64,000 bases of DNA from Lobosporangium transversale (Eukaryota), in contig NW_019028998.1 in assembly GCF_002105155.1 (NCBI RefSeq), positions 496,001 through 560,000 on the forward strand. The letters are read 5' to 3'. Positions 60,550 to 64,000 of this stretch are shown here, one piece after another (within the stretch, counting starts at the first letter, position 1; every line of letters starts with the position of its first letter). Position numbers and translations under genes: made by a program. Under the pieces are notes generated by a model. The model did no database searches. It had not been told where the DNA came from and worked only from the letters and a program-made list of their open reading frames with translations.

Positions 60550-61850
60550 TGCTGGTAGTGATGATTGTAAAAGAAAGGGAAATGAGAAACCCAGAATGGA
60601 ATCAAAATTAGACAAGAACGAGAATGAATAAATAAAGAGATGAGAGACTAAGAAGGCTGTAGAGAATGGTGGTCCCCGGGTGTAAGTGTTTATGTGTGTT
60701 TATATGTGGTTCAGGTACTTTATTCTAGTGCCACGATGAGGATAAAAAAAAGTTCTGTTATGGATGGATAGGGTGAGGGTCAGATACAGGTAGGGGACTG
60801 TATGAGTGTAAATGTGGATGTGAATGTCTTGATATCTTGAAGAGTAATATTAAGTCTGAATGATAACGATAGTGATAATAATGACAGTAATAATTTTAGT
60901 GTAAGTGTGTACGAATGGATGCTTGGTTACCTGTTGGTGTGTGCGTGTGTGGAGAGGAAAAGAGAGAAGAGTAAAGTTGGGAAGATGAGAGAAATAAATA
61001 AATAGAAAAAAAAAAAAAGAAAAGAGAAGAGAGAGTGAAAATGAATTTTAAAAGTTCAAATACGCCATGGGGTCCTGGTCTGGTTTAGTCTTGCCTGGTC
61101 AGAGAATGCAGTGAGGGTGAAAGCCACACTCTCACACAGCAGGCAACAAGGGTGTGGTGCGTCATGAAAGTGTATGTTATTTTGTCTGCAGATATCCGCG
61201 CCTGTAGTATGAGTTTGCTTTCCAACACTCTACTTCAGCTGTCGGCAACGATACAAATCGTATGGCCAAAAGCGCGGTCTGATGTCCTATAGAATACGTA
61301 CGCCACAAGGAAATTTTTACCACGTACGCCCAATCACATAATCATAAAACTCTCCTTGAAAAAAGTGAGTGCACGCACTAAAAATTTTATTTGTGCAGCA
61401 TTTTGTGCATTTTGTGTTACAGATCTTCGCCACTCAAACATGAACCCAGTCACTTCAAACTGTTAAATCCTAAAGGCATCTTGACTTCAATCCTCTCATT
61501 AGCGCTCCACTACTTTTATGCAACACTGTGTTATATATACTAGCCTTTTTTTAATTTTATTTTTTTCTTTTATTTTTTTTAAGTACTTTGTGGTCCTTGA
61601 TCACATAAAAACCCATCCATTGATGAAAAAAAAAAAAAAAAATAAAATAAAAAAATAAAAAATGGAGACAACATTGCCGTGACGCGAAAAAAAAAAAGAG
61701 AAAAAAAAAAAAAAGTGACGTGTGTGCAGAGTGTGTAAGGTGTATAAGGTCTGTAAGGTGATGTTCTTGATAGAAGCAACTTTGTCCACTTTACCCTCTT
61801 ATACTTTCTTCCATCAACTCACTCATTCTTGTACATACCAAATTCTCACC

Positions 61851-64000
61851 ATGGAGGAAGTCTCTGAAGTTGAAGTCATTCAAATGGAAGATAGCCAGAT
61901 TGTCGTTCCTGCTTCCTCAACGACTCTCATTGACACTGAGGACAATACTAATGCACCCGTTGCTACTACTACGGCTAACAACCAAGACGAACCGAGTCCT
62001 ATTCGGGACTCTGCTCAGTTGGTCTCCACGAACACCAGTACAGCTAGCTCTGATAGCAGCGCCAGTACTAACACGCCTGAGGCTACGATTTCTCGCTCCA
62101 ATGATGTAGATATTACCTTTCGTAAGGTAGGCAGTTGATGAAAGAAATATTATTTTTAATTGTTGATAAAAACGCGTTTACATACACACTTGCTTGTGTA
62201 CCCTTCACATAAAACTCATATCGGATTTAATTCGTCATTTTAGGCTTTAAAAAATGCCATCTCAACAGAAATTCCTAAGAGACTTACAGTACAAGGAACA
62301 ATCCCCGAGTGGTTGACAGGATTCCATTACACATTGAGTCCTGGTATTTTTGAAATCAAGTACCCAAAAATGGTTGTCGTCAATGGAGATCTCCAGCAAG
62401 AGACTCGATCTTTTAGTTTTGGTCATTGGTTTGACAAGTAAGCCGTGGAACCCCCTTGTCTTTTTTTTTGCCTTTTTTTTTAATATACCACTTCTTTCAG
62501 AGTAAAGCGCCGAAGTATAAAACCTTAACATTGCCTTTTTATATTTATATATAAAAGCATCCCACAAGTCAACCAGTTTGCGTTCTCAGGCTCTGACAAT
62601 ACGATCATGTATAGATCTACAAAACCCGCGCATCGTGCTGAAATGAAAATCCGTGAACATCAAGGATATTTGCCTAACCAGCCATCGAGTCTTTTCCAGA
62701 CAGGCACCAACCAGAGTGTCTTTGCAAGGCTTTTGTCTACGAATCAATCCCAAGGAAAGCCCAGTCTGGAACCATGTGGAGCCTCCATTGAAGTTTTCCC
62801 GCCTTTTAATGCTGATGGCCGTCGTACCATTTATTGCCAAAATTTTGCTAACCATGTAAGCTTAAAAAAACCAACTCGGGATCAATGACCTAGGATACAT
62901 AAGCAATGGAGCGTATAAATTCTACGGCCTGGAATATTTCAAGAAGGAAAAGAAAAAAAAGAATTTAATGTACTCTTGACAATAAGATGATTAACCTCGA
63001 TAATATCCTTCATGTCCTATTCATAATCATATTCAGGTTCTTGAGTTAAACACGGATAATTTGGAGAAATGTGGCATTTTGGCTTGGGACGAAGTCAATC
63101 CTCAATTCAAAGGATCACAAGCCTCGCCCCACAGCCATTTTGACCCAGTTACGAAGGAGCTAATCAACTTTACGATGGAGCACGGGTTTCATAACACACA
63201 GTATCATTTCTTTTCTATAACGGAGAAGGAACCACATGGGACACTAATTGCCTCCGTCAACGCAAAGTTAAGCCATGTACATTCGTTCGCAGTTACACCT
63301 CGATATATCATCTTAGTAGTTAGCCCCCTGAATCCATCTGATGGTGGTGTCAAATACTCGTGGGGTGCCTCAATCCTGGACGCATTCTCGTTTAAACGAA
63401 CAGAGCCGACCTATTTCTATATCATATCACGAGTCAAGAGGAGACACATTGCAACCTTCAAGTCTGAGGCATTCTTCTTGTAATACGTGTATTCTATTTC
63501 CCCTGACTATTTATTTTGTTGCTGTATGATTCTTGATTGAAATTTAATGCTGTCTCTCTCTCTCTCTTTTTTTTTTTTTTTTTTTTTTTTAGCCTTCATC
63601 ACGTTAATGCATTTGAAGATGAGGCAGACAATGTCTATCTAGATTTTTCAATGTATGCAGATGATGCAATTGCTCATCAGCTTAGCCTTTCAGCCCTTTT
63701 TAATCCCTCGTCCCCTGCTTTGATCAGACCGGAGCTTTGTCGATTTGAGCTCGCAAATGTGCAAGCAGAGGCGCAGCGACTAGAGGATTATAATGCTGCC
63801 ACAGCAAATACTGGACCTGTTGATAAACTGCGTGGATTCATGCGTCGAGTGAGTATTGGAGGAGCAAACATTAATTATGCCGTACCTGAAAAGAATTCTG
63901 GCGATATACCTCTTGCAACAAGGATTCGGAGCACGCCTGGTGTAGAGTTGCCAAGGATTAACCCTATCTACCATGGATTGGATTACAAGTATACCTGGGG
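61851..64000 (+). CDS. Carotenoid cleavage oxygenase (RPE65/CCO family); 3' end beyond the window
   Basis: Multi-exon. LTVQGTIPEWLTG, SFGHWFD, SPHSHFDPVTKELINF, HVHSFAVTPRYIIL, FHHVNAFED and GVELPRINP..GLDYKYTWG. Three of the four iron-binding His motifs are visible. Confidence 0.9.

Overview
Gene-dense, AT-rich eukaryotic DNA with spliceosomal GT-AG introns. It is fungal, and the intron style plus the F-box family suggest an early-diverging lineage such as Mortierellaceae (inference). Housekeeping genes: NRDE2-like, mitochondrial phosphate carrier, RPL36, RNF220-like RING protein, ABCC transporter, histone H1, TPS2, NIPA-type transporter, DUF1761-like protein, F-box protein, PMI40, CHS5, histone H3 and a carotenoid oxygenase. 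Duplicated or decayed sequence: two tandem BBE-like flavoproteins, two near-identical pirin genes, two MITE-like foldback copies and an ABCC relic. The standout is 36394-39738, a spliced gene of about 1,060 aa that the ORF track shows only as fragments. It joins an N-terminal XPG/FEN1-family (PIN-like, H3TH) 5'-nuclease domain to a C-terminal Fanzor1/TnpB-type RuvC plus zinc finger, and the catalytic acidic motifs of both nucleases are still readable. It is followed by a structured, apparently spliced 3' region that is a candidate omegaRNA, and no transposase is visible nearby. As assembled, this copy has about five single-base frameshifts and one in-frame stop. All calls come from manual reading and motif recall; no database searches were run.
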